Assembly (NCBI GenBank): GCA_001805445.1
Contig: MHGF01000034.1
Coordinates: 102,451 to 166,450, forward strand
DNA length: 64,000 nucleotides
Direction: 5' to 3'
Source of the DNA: Omnitrophica WOR_2 bacterium GWF2_43_52
GTDB lineage: Bacteria > Omnitrophota > Gorgyraeia > Gygaellales > UBA12090
Shown here in pieces: positions 63,981 through 64,000 of this stretch (within the stretch, counting starts at the first letter, position 1; every line of letters starts with the position of its first letter). The notes beneath the pieces were generated by a model. It was given only the letters and a program-made list of their open reading frames with translations, searched no databases and had not been told where the DNA came from. The position numbers and the translations under genes are program-made.

Positions 63981-64000
63981 TACATGAGATTGATGACGGA

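Larger units (their letters stand above)
46478..64000. mobile_element. Prophage with lambda-like head genes; continues beyond window
   Basis: Integrase next to tRNA, replication gene, terminase, portal, capsid; different codon style and no host repeat families. Confidence 0.93.

Overview
The window has two parts. Positions 1-46.5 kb are bacterial chromosome; gene style suggests Ca. Omnitrophota/PVC, which is an inference. Positions ~46.5-64 kb are the left part of a lambda-like prophage integrated at tRNA-Gln(CUG) by a large serine recombinase. The host part holds cheC/cheY, a glycosylation and pilin cluster with a c-di-GMP-I riboswitch variant, rpmH-yidD-yidC-jagN (no rnpA), a free-standing LAGLIDADG gene coupled to parAB, ndk-yicC-gmk-rpoZ-coaC, three tRNAs, HEPN/MNT, thrS-infC-rpmI-rplT, trkAAH, pheST, 6S RNA, rarA, rny, xseAB, dxs, a 2-oxoacid:ferredoxin oxidoreductase operon and gltX. 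Host intergenic DNA, and loops of some essential genes, carry nested palindromic elements: TA-ended MITE-like shells, REP-like hairpins and 7/8/9-mer tandem arrays. The best candidate new system is in the prophage. It shows no recognisable CI/Cro in the visible part. Instead it encodes its own sigma factor with three matching bipartite motifs (TGTGACA-N14-CCGATATACAC), a sigma-region-4/RNAP-alpha-CTD fusion protein, and an Ogr-like Zn finger next to a palindromic site. All calls come from reading the sequence and motif recognition; no database searches were run.
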